This document shows, in pieces, positions 46,901-60,267 of a DNA stretch of 64,000 nt. Under the pieces are notes generated by a model. The model worked only from the letters and a program-made list of their open reading frames with translations, did no database searches and was not told the origin of the DNA. How positions within the stretch are numbered: the stretch's first letter is position 1; every line of letters begins with the position of its first letter. A program made the position numbers and the translations under genes. Where the stretch lies: the NCBI RefSeq assembly GCF_030144855.1, contig NC_082739.1, forward strand, positions 15,252,001 to 15,316,000, given 5' to 3'. The DNA is from Hypanus sabinus (taxonomy: Eukaryota).

Positions 46901-48860
46901 CTACCCCTGCCATTTAAGAACAACTTCTTCTGTGGGACACATCTATCCTGCACCTTGTGAACCATTCCCAGAAACTTCAGCCATCTCTGCTCTGCTGGTA
47001 TCCCCACCAGTATCCCCCTCCAATCCACCTGGGCTAGCTCCTCTCTCATGCCTCTGTAATTCCCTTTATTCCATTGCGATACTGATACATGCGACTTATG
47101 CTCCTCCCTCTCAAACTGCAGTCTGAATTCAATCATATTATGATCAATGCCTCCTAAGGTTTCCTTTCCGATAAACTCCCTAATAAAATCTGGGTTATTA
47201 CACAACACCCAATCTGAGATAGTCTTTCCCCTACTAGTAGGCTCAAACATAAGCTGCTCTAAAAAGCCATCACATAGGCATTCAACAAATTCCCTCTCTT
47301 GCAATCTGACACCAACCTGACTTTCCTAATCCCCTTGCATATTGAAGACCCTCATTACGGTTGTGTTATTAACCTATTTACATGCCTTTTCCTGTCCCCT
47401 TTGCAATCTCAACCCCACATCTTGGCTACTATTTGGAGGCCTATATATGATTCCCATAATGGTTTCTTTACTTTTACAGTTTCTTGTCTCCACCCTCAAC
47501 ATTCTCTGTCCCTATGTCTCCCCTTTCTAAAGATGTAATCCCATCTCTTACCAACAGAGCCACACCATCGTCTATCACTTCCTGCCTGTCCTTTTGATCC
47601 AAGTCCTTTGATGTTAAGCTCAAAACTATGGCCTTCTTTCAGCCACAACTCAGTGATGCCCACAATGTCATATCGACAAATCCCTAATTGCACCATGAGT
47701 TCATCTACCTTATTCTGAATGCAGTGTGCATTTAAATAGAGTACCTTCAGTCCTGTATTCTTTGCCCTTTTGAATTTTGCCTCTGTGGTACAATTTAACA
47801 CTTTGCTCTGTCTGCATTTGTACCCAATCATTGGCTTGTCCTTCCTTACATTCATGTTACATCCATCATCTACTTGTAAACCTGCTGGCTCGTCCTCAGC
47901 TCTATCATACTGCTTCCCATCCCCCTGCCGTGTTAGGTTTCGCTTTACAGGAAGTAATGGCAAACCCTGCCAGGACTGACGTGCCTTCGATTTCAACTCC
48001 AACTTCAATATGAATTTTTTCTTTTGCTCTTAAAATAACCTTCCATAGATCGTACCTGGACTTCTTATACAGTTCTGGATCATTGGTCTTACATGTCACA
48101 GAACTATCCCTCAACAGACTACAAATCTCTTGGTTTATCCACAGCTTTTGGTTTGGCTATGTCTGGTATGTTCTCGAAGGCACACACTCATCCACACAGG
48201 TCTTCATAAAGTCAGTGACAACTGTGGTGCATTCATTCAGATCTGAAGATGTATCTCTGAATGTCATTCAGTCCACTGACTCAAAGTAGTCCTTTAAGTG
48301 TTCCTCCAGCTCCCTTGATTATACCCTCTTGGTCTTCAACACTTGTGCTGCACTCTTTTGACTCTGTCTATACTCCAGAAGTGGAAGTACAGCCAGGTGA
48401 TTGGACTTTCTAATGCGCAGGCGTGGGTTGGTGCAGTAAGCATTCTTAGACTATAATACCATTCAGCTCAGTGAATCTGTTCTGCCATTCCATCATGGCA
48501 GATCTCAGATCCCACTCAACCACTTTCTTGATGGTGGTACAACAGTGATCAAGTGCTTTGGCCTCTCTGGTTCTACAGGTAATATATTGGCGGTAGTTGT
48601 TCAGGGAGTTCTTCAAACGGGCTTAGTTCAAATCCCCCCACAGTGACAAGGAAGGCAACGGGATGTGCTTTCTCGTGGCTGCTGATTATGGTGCTCAGCT
48701 CCTCCAGTGCCTGAGGCGGAATGTACACTGCTACCAGGGTGATGGCAGAAAACTCCCTTGGCAGATAAAATGGATGATACTTGACCTCTAGATGTTCCAG
48801 GTCAGGTGAGCAGGACTGAGACAGAACTGTCACATCTGTGCATCAAGATAGTTAATCGTG
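43947..48860 (-). mobile_element. Longer Rex1/Babar-type LINE (APE endonuclease to 3' tail, internally deleted), split by CR1
   Basis: CSPDLEHL.VK.HPFYLPREFSAI.LVAVYIPPQ (48573-48833); VNPRKASGPNGV..ALKTCAN (~44970-45040); (GAATCA)n tail at 43947. Confidence 0.88.
45202..47930 (-). mobile_element. CR1 LINE, 2.7 kb with APE endonuclease and partial RT
   Basis: LKVLYLNAHCIQNKVDEL..YDIVGITELWL; REFVECL.DGFLEQ; 6-bp TSD TGTTAG (45196-45201, 47931-47936). Confidence 0.92.
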
Positions 48861-50105
48861 ACCTAACCCTCTTCTGCCTAGCATGTTGTACCTAAAAATA
48901 TGGTGGAAGTTGAGTCCATAAATAATTTTCTAATTTTCTAAATTTCATAATTTTCTAACAAAGGCTAGGCAGATATATAAAGATGAGACTCTGAAATGGT
49001 CATGAACAAAGCTGGGATTGTGGAGCTAGTTATCTTTCACAGAGCCAGCAGAGTGTGGTGAGTAGAAAAGCTTCCACCTGCAGTGAAAATTTCTCAGATT
49101 CAAATGCAGAACCTAAGAAGTAAGCTCATGCAGGCACATCATTGAATAACTGTGCGGTACAGAAAAGTCAGAGCAATGCCAAAGTTGATTACTGGAGCCA
49201 ATCTGAGAACTCTTATGGTGAGCCTTGTCAATTCCTCATCTGACAGAAGATGATTCCTTTTGCAAGGATTTTAATTTTAATGAGCCCAGTATATTTGGCC
49301 ACCATATTGAGAAAGCATACTCGAATACATTCTTCACTACAGGGGAAGGAATTCTCAGGTATTTCCCATTCCTTTGTGACATTATTGTTAAGTGCAAATG
49401 AACAGAATCTGACAGTATTATTGATCATGTCTTTAAATTTGAACCAAAGTAGCGAGAGAGCCTGATCCTAAAACAGATAAGATAAACTGATGGCAAAATT
49501 TATGTATACCAACCAGCCTGCAGAGGATGTGAAACGGCTGGCAATATATTCTGAGTGACTCAGGTTCTGTAGCTCACTTGGGAGTAAGAACAATGAGCTG
49601 GTAGAAAAGCGTCCATTACAAACTCTGATCAGTTGATAATTAGCTTCCAACAGACAGATTGACTCTTGCAACTGAGAGTTAATGATTCTGGCAACAGCTG
49701 AGGATACAAACCTCAATGGACCAATAAACTGAGCTGACAAAACCATTCCTTAAATGGAGAAAGATCAACTGAGGCATATTTGCCTGGATTACTTTGCAGA
49801 TAAATAATTTGCTTTTCATTTTGACTCCCTAATGAAGGGGTTTGTTTTTAGTTATTTATTCATTTTTTTGAGGTCTGGGCATCACTGGAAAGACCAGCAT
49901 TTATTACATATCCCTAATTACCCTAGAGAAAATGCTGCTGGGCCAAATTCCAGGAAATGTACTCTCACGGCGTCATTACAGAGTGAGTTCCAGAGTTTCA
50001 AAGTCCAGTTGATTGTCTGTGCACAAGTGCTTATATGCACAGATGCAATGAAAGGCTTGCTTGAAAGTCCTGCTATATATTCGGAAATTAATTGATGAGT
50101 AACTT

Positions 50106-50985
50106 CAGAATCAGAATCAGGTTTATTATCACCGGCATGTGTCATGAAATTTGTTAACTTAGCAGCAGCAGTTCAATGCAATACATAATATAGAAGAAAA
50201 AATAAAAACAAATAACTAAGTAGATCAATTACAGTATATGCATATTGAATGATTTAGAAATTGTGCAAAAAGAAATAATATATATCAAAATTGAAGTAGT
50301 GTTCATAATTTCAATGTCCATTTAGGAATCAGATGGCAGAGGGGAAGAAGCTGTTCCTGAATCGCTGAGTGTGTGCCTTCAGGCTTCTGTACCTCCTCCC
50401 TGATGGTAACAGTGAGAAAAAGGCATGCCCTGGGTGCTGGGGTTCCTTAATAATGGACGCTGTCTTTCTGAGAGAACGCTCCTTGAAGATGTCCTGGGTA
50501 CTTTGTAGGCTAGTACCCAAGATGGAGCCAACTAAATTTACAACCCTCTGCAGCTTGTTTCAGTCCTGTGCAGTAGCACCTCATATACCAGATAGTGATG
50601 CAGCCTGTCAGAATGCTCTCCACAATACAACTACAGAAGTTTTTTTGAGTGTTTTTGCTGACATACCAAATCTCTTCAAACTCCTAATGAAGTATAGCCA
50701 CTGTCTTGCTTTTTTTAAATAGCTACATCGATATGTTGGGACCAGGTTAGGTCCTTAGAGATCTTGACACCCAGGAACTTGAAACTGCTCACTGATGATG
50801 ATCCCTCTATGAGGATTGGTATGTGTTCCTTCGTCTTACCCTTCCTGAAGTCCACAATCAGCTCTTTCATCTTACTGACGTTGATTGCCAGGTTGTTGCT
50901 GCGGCACCACTCCACTAGTTGGCATATCTCACCCTCCATCTGAGATTCTACCAAAAGTGGTTGTACAATCAGCAAATATATACTT
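50106..50985 (-). mobile_element. Rex1/Babar-type LINE 3' fragment
   Basis: EICQLVEWCRSNNLAINVSKMKELIVDFRK..FKFLGVKISKDLTWSQH; (GAATCA)n tail. Confidence 0.9.
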
Positions 50986-51184
50986 GGAGTGCAATTTCTA
51001 TCACCCGGTGTCATTTGTTTACCTGCACTGTCTTTCTCTGTATCTACAATACCAGATACTTCATTCTGTTTTCTTTTTACAAACTCGATGTATGGCATGA
51101 TCTGCATTGAATGCCATGAAAAGTTTTTCACTGTGTCTTTTTGCCAGGTGATATTAATAGTAATAAAAGACCAGCCACCCTTAC

Positions 51185-52850
51185 ATTAAAATAAACCACG
51201 GCATTTTCCAAGGCGACTCTCTAATTCCACTATGGTCCTGTCTAGCTTAAAATCAGCTCTCTAATTTACTGAAACAAACAAAAATTGGGTATCAAATTAG
51301 AAAGAATGAAATCAGCTATACCTTAACACACCTTTTATACATGGATGATTTGAAATTATATGGCCCTTCATCAGTTAAGCTAAAACAATGAATTTGAATA
51401 GTAGAACTATTTTGGAAAGATATAAACATGAACTTTGGACTGGATAAATGCAGAACATTAAACATAAAGAAAGGTGCGATAGAGCTAATGGAATACAAAA
51501 CAGAGCAACAGGATACAATACAACCGATGGATGATCTTGAAACATTAAGTATCTGAGTTATCAACAAAAAAAGAAAATAGATCATAGCGTGATAAAGGAA
51601 AAAATTTTGACTGAATTTACTTCAAGGCTTAAGAAAATCTGCCAAACAGAGCTCAGCAGTAAAAATATAACAAAGATCATAAAGAATTCCGCTATACCTA
51701 TATTAATGTATTCTTTTGGCACAATATCTTGGTCCAAAACTGATCTGGAAAATTTACAAACAAAACTAAGGACTGAAATGACAAATTTCGGGAAACTTTA
51801 TGAACATTCGAATGCGGTTAGATTAACACTACCTAGGACAGGAGGGGGAAGAGGAATAACAGACATTAAAAATCTACACAACAGGCAGATAAAATTTCTA
51901 AGGATATATCTTCATCAATAAACATAGGATTCAGCATTCCACACAAGCATATGCAATTCTGATAAGTATACACCGCTAAACTTAAATGAAACCACAACCC
52001 AGAAAATGAAGACATTAACCAGTGGAAGAGCAAGATATCCCCACAATCTGAGCAGACTAGATATTGACAAGGAAGCATCGAACGCCTGGCTCAGAGTTGG
52101 AGACCTCTTCCCAGAAACAGAAGGCTTCCTTGTGGCAATACAGGACCAGGTGGTTAACACAAAAAATTTTCAAAATTACATAATAAAAGATCAACAAATT
52201 CAAGATAACAAATGTAGAAAAAACCAAGAAAAACCAGAAGCAATCCAACACATTACAGGATCTTCTAGCAGTTTACACAATCTGATTACTTACACAGGCA
52301 CAATCAAGTGGCAATCATCAATCATCAAAATTTTGCTTTAAAATACAAACTCATAAATGAAGTCACACCTTACTATAAATGCAACCCTGATCCAAATTTA
52401 GAGACAGAATGCCACAAATTATATTATGTTATTACAGTTATTACAGATGAGACAATCCATAATAATAGTTCTGGATATTATAATAATACAGGATGAACAA
52501 GCAAGAACAACTTATTTAATAGATATAGCCATTCCAAAACACAGAATTTACAGAAATCAATATTGAAAAGCACCAGAAATATGCTAAATTAAAAGAGGAA
52601 ATGGAAAGACTTTGGAACATGAAGAGGGTATACATTGTCCCAACAGTAATATCTACAACCGTTGCCATCCCAAAGTCGCTACACAATGTAAATAATTAGG
52701 TCTGCACAGTCGTATCAATGTAAATTTCCAGAAAGCCGCGATACTAAACACCACTGGAATTCTATGACACTTCCTAGCAATTGACAAATGGGCATGCTTG
52801 GCTATGCCCGTACCTCAGGTTTTACCAGCTTGATCTGAGAAAAAAATGAA
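51185..52850 (+). mobile_element. R4/Dong-clade (RLE-type) non-LTR retrotransposon, 5'-truncated and decayed
   Basis: GIFQGDSL, THLLYMDDLKLY, RLTLPRTGGGRG, WLRVGDLFPETEGFLVAIQDQV, degenerate CCHC knuckle, YLHRHNQVA, LIDIAIP (RLE); ends at (TAA)n 52849-52890. Confidence 0.85.
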
Positions 52851-53374
52851 TAATAATAATAAAGTAATAATAATAATAAACAATAATAAACCACTAATGC
52901 TATCCATGTCAGAATGGATATATATTTGAAAATACTTTGATGCAGTTATGGTGATCAAAAGGAGGGTGGTTGGGTGGGTGCTTTGTAACATTTTGTGTAG
53001 AATCCACACTTCAAAACCATTGCGAAATTTTGGTCTAATGATATTATAAATATAACTGGTGCAAGTTTACAGTCCATGATGTTACAAAAAGGGGACAGAT
53101 ACAACTCCATGATTTAAATATTGCCATAAGCTACAACTTGGGGACTGAAAACATGAAATTCAAAATACTGACAAATATTCGATGCTTTTTCATGAACATT
53201 TAACTTATTTTAATGGACTTGTGTACTTCTGCATAATGTTTTATAGAAAGTCATATAAATATATTGCGTGGATCAATTGCTTTCATCAATAGGGTTGCTC
53301 AGATACATCACAGCTAAAAATACTTGGAAATTCAGCTGAATAAAGTCAAGATATCAAATGAATAAATTGATACC

Positions 53375-53515
53375 TGTACACAAAATGCTGGAGGAGCTCA
53401 ACATCTCAGGCAGCATTTAAGGAGAGAATTAATAGTTGATGTATCAGGTTGAGACCCTGTTTTTTAGGTGTGTCTAACTCTGAATTTCCAGCATCTGCAA
53501 AAACTCTTCTGTGTA
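53375..53515. mobile_element. Penelope pLTR fragment with short inverted arm
   Basis: ACACAAAATGCTGGAGGAGCTCAAC..GAGACCC followed by TTTCCAGCATCTGCA. Confidence 0.6.
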
Positions 53516-56129
53516 ATATCTGTGACCAGTTACCGGATGGTTATTCATTTTATTAATCAAAGCTGCTCAGAGTTTTACATGTATTTTCCTCTGCATTCCA
53601 TTCCCTCAAATCTTATTTTGCTTACTGGATAAATAACACGTCTTACTTCCTTGGAGAACAAACAACAGAGTGAAAATCCCATCCACATTTGACCCAATAG
53701 TACTCAATGGGAAGCATGCTTGATGGAGAGTGAAAACTCATTTTGTTGTTATCTCTTTGTCTCTGGAGACAAGATGCTTATGTACCATGTGCAGTCCCAC
53801 CTGGTAACACAGCCAAGAACTAATAAACAGACCAGCTGGTAGGAGGCAAGCATTAGCTAGCTTACAGAAACCATACAATGTTGTGAAGAGCACAGTAAGC
53901 AAAGTGTTCATACAAATCCACTGTAGGCAGTGTGATAGTTTAGCACTAGAAATGTCATAGCTTCAGCTAGAGATAACTTCTATAGCTGTCCGATCACTTA
54001 TGAGAAAATGTCGTTGCCCTCGGCTACTCTCAGGTGATTACAAAGTCTTTTTGTGCCAGACTAGAATTTTCATCTTTAATTTCCTTTATCTCAATAGGCC
54101 TTGTGTAATTGTCCAAAGTCAGATCCAACTAGAATTTTATCAGAATGAATAAGTACTCACAGCTGTAGTTTTCACTGGTACAATTCAATTGTGCTGACCC
54201 TTTCATCTCGTGGCCAGGGAGATATTTTAGTTTTTGGAGACATTTAAAAAGTGGTCTAATTATACCATTAGTATGGTCTCACATTTCCAAATTTTATTCA
54301 AGTAGCCCAATATTTCTGCAAAAAATATTGCTAGCTTTATTTTTGTCCTCGACTATAAATTTCAGCTCCTGGGAATCAGTCCGTGGCATATGCATAATTA
54401 AATTAATTAGTCAGGATATCTGATAAAATTCTTAACAAAAATATGTGCAATATTGCCTCTAACTGAAACAACGAGCAGGGCAGTAAGGGCAGTGTTGGTT
54501 TAGACCCATGCCTCAAGAAAGAGCAATTCATTCTTCTCATTCTTCAGCATGGTAGTTTTGATTGACAATTTACAGAGCCAATCGCTGATAGAGGTGGAGG
54601 AACAGTCGTAATTAAGTTATTGGCTTTCTTCTTCAGTGTTGAGAGACATTCTAGATCTAGAGTGAGTTTATAATTGGAATTTTTTTTGTTGTAATTCTTC
54701 CCCAGTTAATGGAGGAGTGTGAAAATAAAACGTGAGAATGAGACATAAATAGATACAATTGGTAAGTAGGAAATATAGGCTTATCGGTTATACAACAGCT
54801 TCAGGTAAAGTGATGTAGCTCTGTGGTAAGGGAAATGAATGATTTCTATTTTAACTTTAATAAGAATGGTAAGAGTAGTATTTTTTTTATTTTATTAAAT
54901 AAATAATTAGTTATTTACTGAATATAATTGGCTTTATCCCAAGTGCTTTTCAAACTCACTTTTGAAAGGTATGAATGTAATGGAGTTAGATGCAGGATTT
55001 CAGCAACCCAGAAATGCATCAAGGACGTAGCGTCATAGTTGTAAAGCATAGAAATATGCCCTTTCGCTCACAACGTCAGTGCCAAATATCATTCCTATCT
55101 ACGCTAATCTCACTTTGCTCCATTACTCCCATATCCCTCTTATGCTCTGTTCATTGTCTTGGTGGGCTGCAGGTTGTGCAATTGTACTGCTCTCAGCTAA
55201 TAAAGGTGCTTGACCTATCAAAGGCAAGGTAAGATCTCCTTTGAGAATGATTAATAATGCCTAAAATTGGAAAATGTCCAACACAGTTTTGTAACCTCCA
55301 GCAGTCGCATCAACAGATCTGTTAATTGGTTTGTCATTCGTAGCAATTGTATTTTTTATCTCACATTTGTCTACTTACAGAGGTTGTTTTAGTTTGAGGC
55401 ATATAAGAATCTTCTCCCTAGAGGAATGAGTGGGTTGGTCTTTGGATTATGTTGGAGATTCTGTCTTTTGGAGTGGTGGGAGGCACCTTTCTGAAATCAG
55501 CAGCATCTGTTCCTCAGATATTTAAGAAAGCATGTCCCTTTGTATATGCAAGCAATTAATCTGAGGATCAAAAGTCTGTTCTCCAGTTAAGCATATATTT
55601 CTTCCTCTACAGTTTAACCAGTTAGTTTTGGTACAATGTACATTGTTGGACCATGTAGCAGGCATTAGGCTTGGAAAGAGCAAAGCCATTCTCTTAACTA
55701 GTCTTCAAGGCTCTGCTGCCTTATCACTGAAGCTACACAAGCTGTGTCAAAGTTGGCACACTCTTCAGCCCAGAGCACTGCTTCAGACCGACATCTATTC
55801 AATCAGCAAGACAGCTTGTTCCACCTCCTCAGCAGAAGTGATCTTTGTTTCTAGCTTGTCCTTCAATGAGAAGGGAATTCCTGGACATTTAGAGAGATTA
55901 CTTGCTCCATGTAAATGCTGAGATGTCCAGCATTCTCCTTGCCAGCCCATAGAACTTTTCAAAAACTCAATCTTGCTCATATTTTTGCTGCTTCTATCCT
56001 GTCTCACTTGCTCATCACCTCAGTCTTATTTTTTCAGGTTCTCTGCTCTGCTTCTAAATGAACTAAAAGAGTCAAAGATCATACAGCATAGAAATAGGCT
56101 ATTCAGCCCCACTATGTCCATACAATCCA

Positions 56130-56222
56130 AAGCAACACATCCAATATGCTGGAGGTCAGGCAGCATCTGTGGAAATGAATAGATAGTTGAATTTTCGGGC
56201 TAAGACCCTTCTTCAGGATCTC
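56130..56222 (-). mobile_element. Penelope pLTR fragment with diverged hammerhead motif
   Basis: Minus strand GATCCTGAAGAAGGGTCTTAGCCCGAAAATTCAACT. Confidence 0.65.
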
Positions 56223-57970
56223 CTGGGGCCCCTCTGCTTGAATGAAAAAAAAAATCAGCTGAGAGGGTTTCATTTCATAGCTAAGAATCTCCAATCCAGT
56301 TTTACCTCACCTTCTCAATATTTCAAGATCCACCCCCACCATTTTCTGCAGCACTTTCACCTCAGCATTCCTCATCGTTCTCTCCTCCTTCTCCCATCAA
56401 TTCCACCAATAGTGATTTGGGTTTTTACTCCCCTTGACCCCACTCTGCGTTGCTCCCCAGTTCTATTCCTCTTTCCAGTTTTATAACCCTTTCAAAGAAA
56501 TCGGGCTATACCCTGGAACTCTTCAAAACATCTTTGCTATAGATAGGATTTTATTCTGAGATTGCATTGAAACTTTTTCCTGAAGTTTTAATACAGCAGT
56601 CCTCTGGAAATACAATTTGGCTGTTGCTTGAAGCCATGAGAAGTTGTTCTCTGGAGGCGTGAGAAAGCTGCTGCCTGAAATGTTCCAGAGGAAGTTCTCT
56701 GCGTAGAAGGAGGCTGTGAAGTGTCTGCTTCTGGATAAGTAAAATGTTTTTTAAGGCTAATGTTGCATAAACTTCTAAGTTTCTGATTCCATTTATAAAA
56801 CTTACAATTTATTCATTTAAAATCTAAAATAAAATGGACAATGCGTATTCTAGTAACCCGAATATTTTAAGACAAGTTTGTGCGTTATTAGAATAGTCTT
56901 AAGATACAACTCATTTTAATGTGGAGCTGGATGATTGCCCAGATTCGATTTTTCAAATGCATCATCGGATCTCATTGGATCCAAGATTTGGCCTTTGAGC
57001 TTAATTTTTGGTAGAGGTCAAATTATTGAGGTGCTTAAATACAAGTAACAAAACAAAAGATAAATAATACTTATACAAAGTTTTTGAAAGGACTATTTTT
57101 TGGATTTATTTAGATTTTGTGCATCTGCTTCCTTTCTTCCTTTCTCAAAGGCAAAGATTTATATTTAAGAACATTTTGTTGCCACAGGTGGGCTCCAGTA
57201 CCTTGCACAATTTTTCATTCATAGAATAGTTGACACCCTGTTCTACCGCAGGTTATTATGCATCTGAGTTACATGTTTAAAATTATAGATCACATTAAAC
57301 AGGATCTTCATCCAGTATTCTGTAACAATTACACGTTGAAAGCGTTCTTGGAGTTTAGTTCGGTCAAGATCATATTAGTTGCAATGACACTGTTATATTT
57401 TGATTGGATTAAGTTCTTGAAATACAATACTTTTCCCAAATCATATAGTTTTCAACACTTTTCTCAAATCTAGTATAATAAATAGCTGGGAGTGATCTCA
57501 AGGAACAAAATTATGAAAAGAACTCCCAAGAACATGGAGAATGTTTCCCAAACTCTTAAATCAACCATTTCCCAGTTAGATGCAATTTGGTCTCAAGTCA
57601 TTATTACAACTTGTATCTCCTATGCAAGTTAACCTTACTTGGGTCATAATTTTACATCTATTGATTTGCTGTCAACTTTTTGCTGCAAGCGTTTCTCCTT
57701 TAGGTAAGTGGAAAACATCCAAACAAAACAATGAAATGTGTAAACAAAATAGGCCAGGAAACCTCTATGTCCTAAAATTTCCTCAGAGACTATAGAACTA
57801 TTAACTTAATTGAAATCCTCCAGAGAATCCATTCTAGAAACACCTCAAAGTTTTCAAAGTCCAGGAGTTTTCTCCACACCTTTCAAATCCCAGAATTCTT
57901 CATCCAGTAATTAAGATGCCTACGTCAGACTGCTGTTTATTGACCACAGCTCAGCATTCAACACAATTAT

Positions 57971-58365
57971 GCTTACTTACTTACTTACTGCCCATTATGC
58001 TGCTGGCCTTTAGGGCAGTAATGGAGGTCCCCCATCTCTGTCTGTCCTTGGCCATCTTCTCTATTATGCCCCAGGTACGGTTCAAGGGTCCACAGAACGG
58101 CATTAAGTTGCATTTGATCTCTTGTGTTTCCTCCGCCCTTCAGGGGCCCAATGAAGTGCTGTTCTTGATGATGAAGTTGGCCTCTCTTTTCATCATGCGC
58201 CCAATCTATCTCCAATGTTTCCTCATGATGATTGTGGCAACGTCCTCTTGATGACATTGAAGGAGATGGGCAAGGTTGCAGATCTTTCTTGGCCAGAATA
58301 TACGGAGGATCTTCTGGAGGCTTGTGATGTGGAATGATGACAACTTGGCAAAGTTGTTCCCTGTC
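57971..58365 (-). mobile_element. RTE-clade LINE 3' fragment
   Basis: Minus strand LRKILRIFWP..RKHWR*IGRMM..ALHWAPEGRRK..LNRTWGIIEKMAKDRQRW; (TAAG)n tail. Confidence 0.8.
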
Positions 58366-58419
58366 ACTCACCACCATTCTGATCTGTATGGACAGAGCAT
58401 AGCCAGAACACAGCTTCAG

Positions 58420-59467
58420 CCAGGTGTGGAAGCATACCCTCGGTTCTAAACAATAAGCTCCAAAACCTGGGCCGCTCTACCTCCCTGTACAACTGGATCC
58501 TTGACTTCCTCATTGGGAGACCACAGTCATTGTGGATTGGAAATAACATCTCTTCCTCGCTGACAATCAACACCAATGCCTCTTAAGCATGTATGCTTAG
58601 CCCACTGTTCTACTCTCTCTACACCCACGACTGTGTGGCTAGGTACAGTTCAAATGCCATCTATAAATATAACAACAACACAACTATTGTTGGTAGGATT
58701 TCAGATTGTGACAAGGAAGTGTACAGGAGTTGGATAGGTCTGCTCGTTGAGTGGTGTTAAAACAGCAACCTTCCACTCAGCAACTGTAAGACCAAAGAAT
58801 TGATTGTGGACTTCAGGAAGAGGAAGTCAAGGGAACACACACCAGCCCTCATCAAGGGATCAGCAGTGGGAAGGGGGAGCAGTTTCAAGTTCTTTAGAGT
58901 CAACATTTCTGAACATCTATCCTGGTTCCAACATAATTACAAAGAAGGCATGACAGCAGCTATATTTCATTACGAGTTAGAGGAAACTTATGTCACCAAA
59001 GCCGCTCGCAAATTTTTACAGCAGTACCTTGGAGAGCATTCTAACCAGTTGCATCACTGTCTGCTATAAAGGTGCTACTGCACAGGATCAGAAAAAGGTG
59101 CAGGGAGTTGTAAACCCAGCCAGCTCCATCAAGGGCACTAGCTTCCCCAGCATCCAGGACACCTTCAGAAGGTGATGCCTCAAAATGGCAGTATCCATCA
59201 TTAAGGATCCCCATCACCCAGAACATGCCCTCTTCTCATAGCTCCCATCAGGGAGGAGGTACAGGAGCCTGAAGACACACACTCAATGTTTCAGGAACAG
59301 CTTCTTCCTCTCCACCATCAGATTTCTGATGGGCAATGAAACCATGTATACTACCTCACTATTTTTTAAATTTTTTGCCCTACTTATTAAATTTAATTTT
59401 TTATATATATATATATATATATACATATATACACACTTCATGACATATGCCAATGATTCTGATTCTG
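58420..59467 (+). mobile_element. Rex1/Babar-type LINE 3' fragment
   Basis: WILDFL.GRPQ, LSPLFYSLYTHDC, SPKPLANFYSSTLESILTSCITVCY; GATTCTGATTCTGA tail. Confidence 0.88.
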
Positions 59468-59587
59468 AAAATTCGAGCCCCACTGCCCTTACAATCCTTT
59501 CCACGGGGCACTCTTATATTTTAGGATCCCAGCACAAAATGTGTCCTAGGTGTGTAAAATTGCCTTCCCCGCCAACTCTAAATAGGG

Positions 59588-59656
<69 letters not shown>
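59588..59656. repeat. Compound microsatellite (GT)n(GA)n
   Basis: Direct reading. Confidence 0.98.
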
Positions 59657-59661
<5 letters not shown>

Positions 59662-60267
59662 AGAGATGGCAGAAATTGCCCAAAGGCATGTCAGGTAATA
59701 CAATGTGTTACAGGAGTGAAGGGTTGTTGTGATATTCTGGAAGATTGAATACTACTTTTCTTATTGATACAAATGGCACAATACAAGGAGTGGCAGAGTG
59801 ACACAGTTACCATATTGCTCGAATGACCCATCAATTGCTTCAACTATTTGGTTCTGAACTAACCAGCACAACCCTGATCACTGGAGTTCAGCAACACTGT
59901 GAGCACTGTGATCACTTTGCACTAAAATGGACTTCTTTCTTTGTTCTAATTGTGTTCTTACTTATAAAATCTCTGCTTAATTTGTTTTTCTTGTGAATGC
60001 TGCTTATATGATGCTGCAAGTAAGATTTTCATTGCACCTGTGCACACATGTACCTGAGCAGATGACAATGAACTCAACTTCGACTTTGACATTAATCCTG
60101 ACTCCCAGTACTCTCTGTGTGGAATGTGAATATTCATCCTGTGAATGTGTATGTTTCTACAAGCACTCCGGTTTCCTCTCACATTCCAGAGGCATTAGGT
60201 TAATTGGATCAAGTAATTTACGCCGAGAATCTAGGGAAGTTGATTGAAATATGTAGAGAATAAAAAA

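Noticed and set aside
59329-59748. 139-aa ORF with YI and RE repeats
   Set aside because: Translation of a LINE UTR plus (TA)n, (GT)n and (GA)n microsatellites
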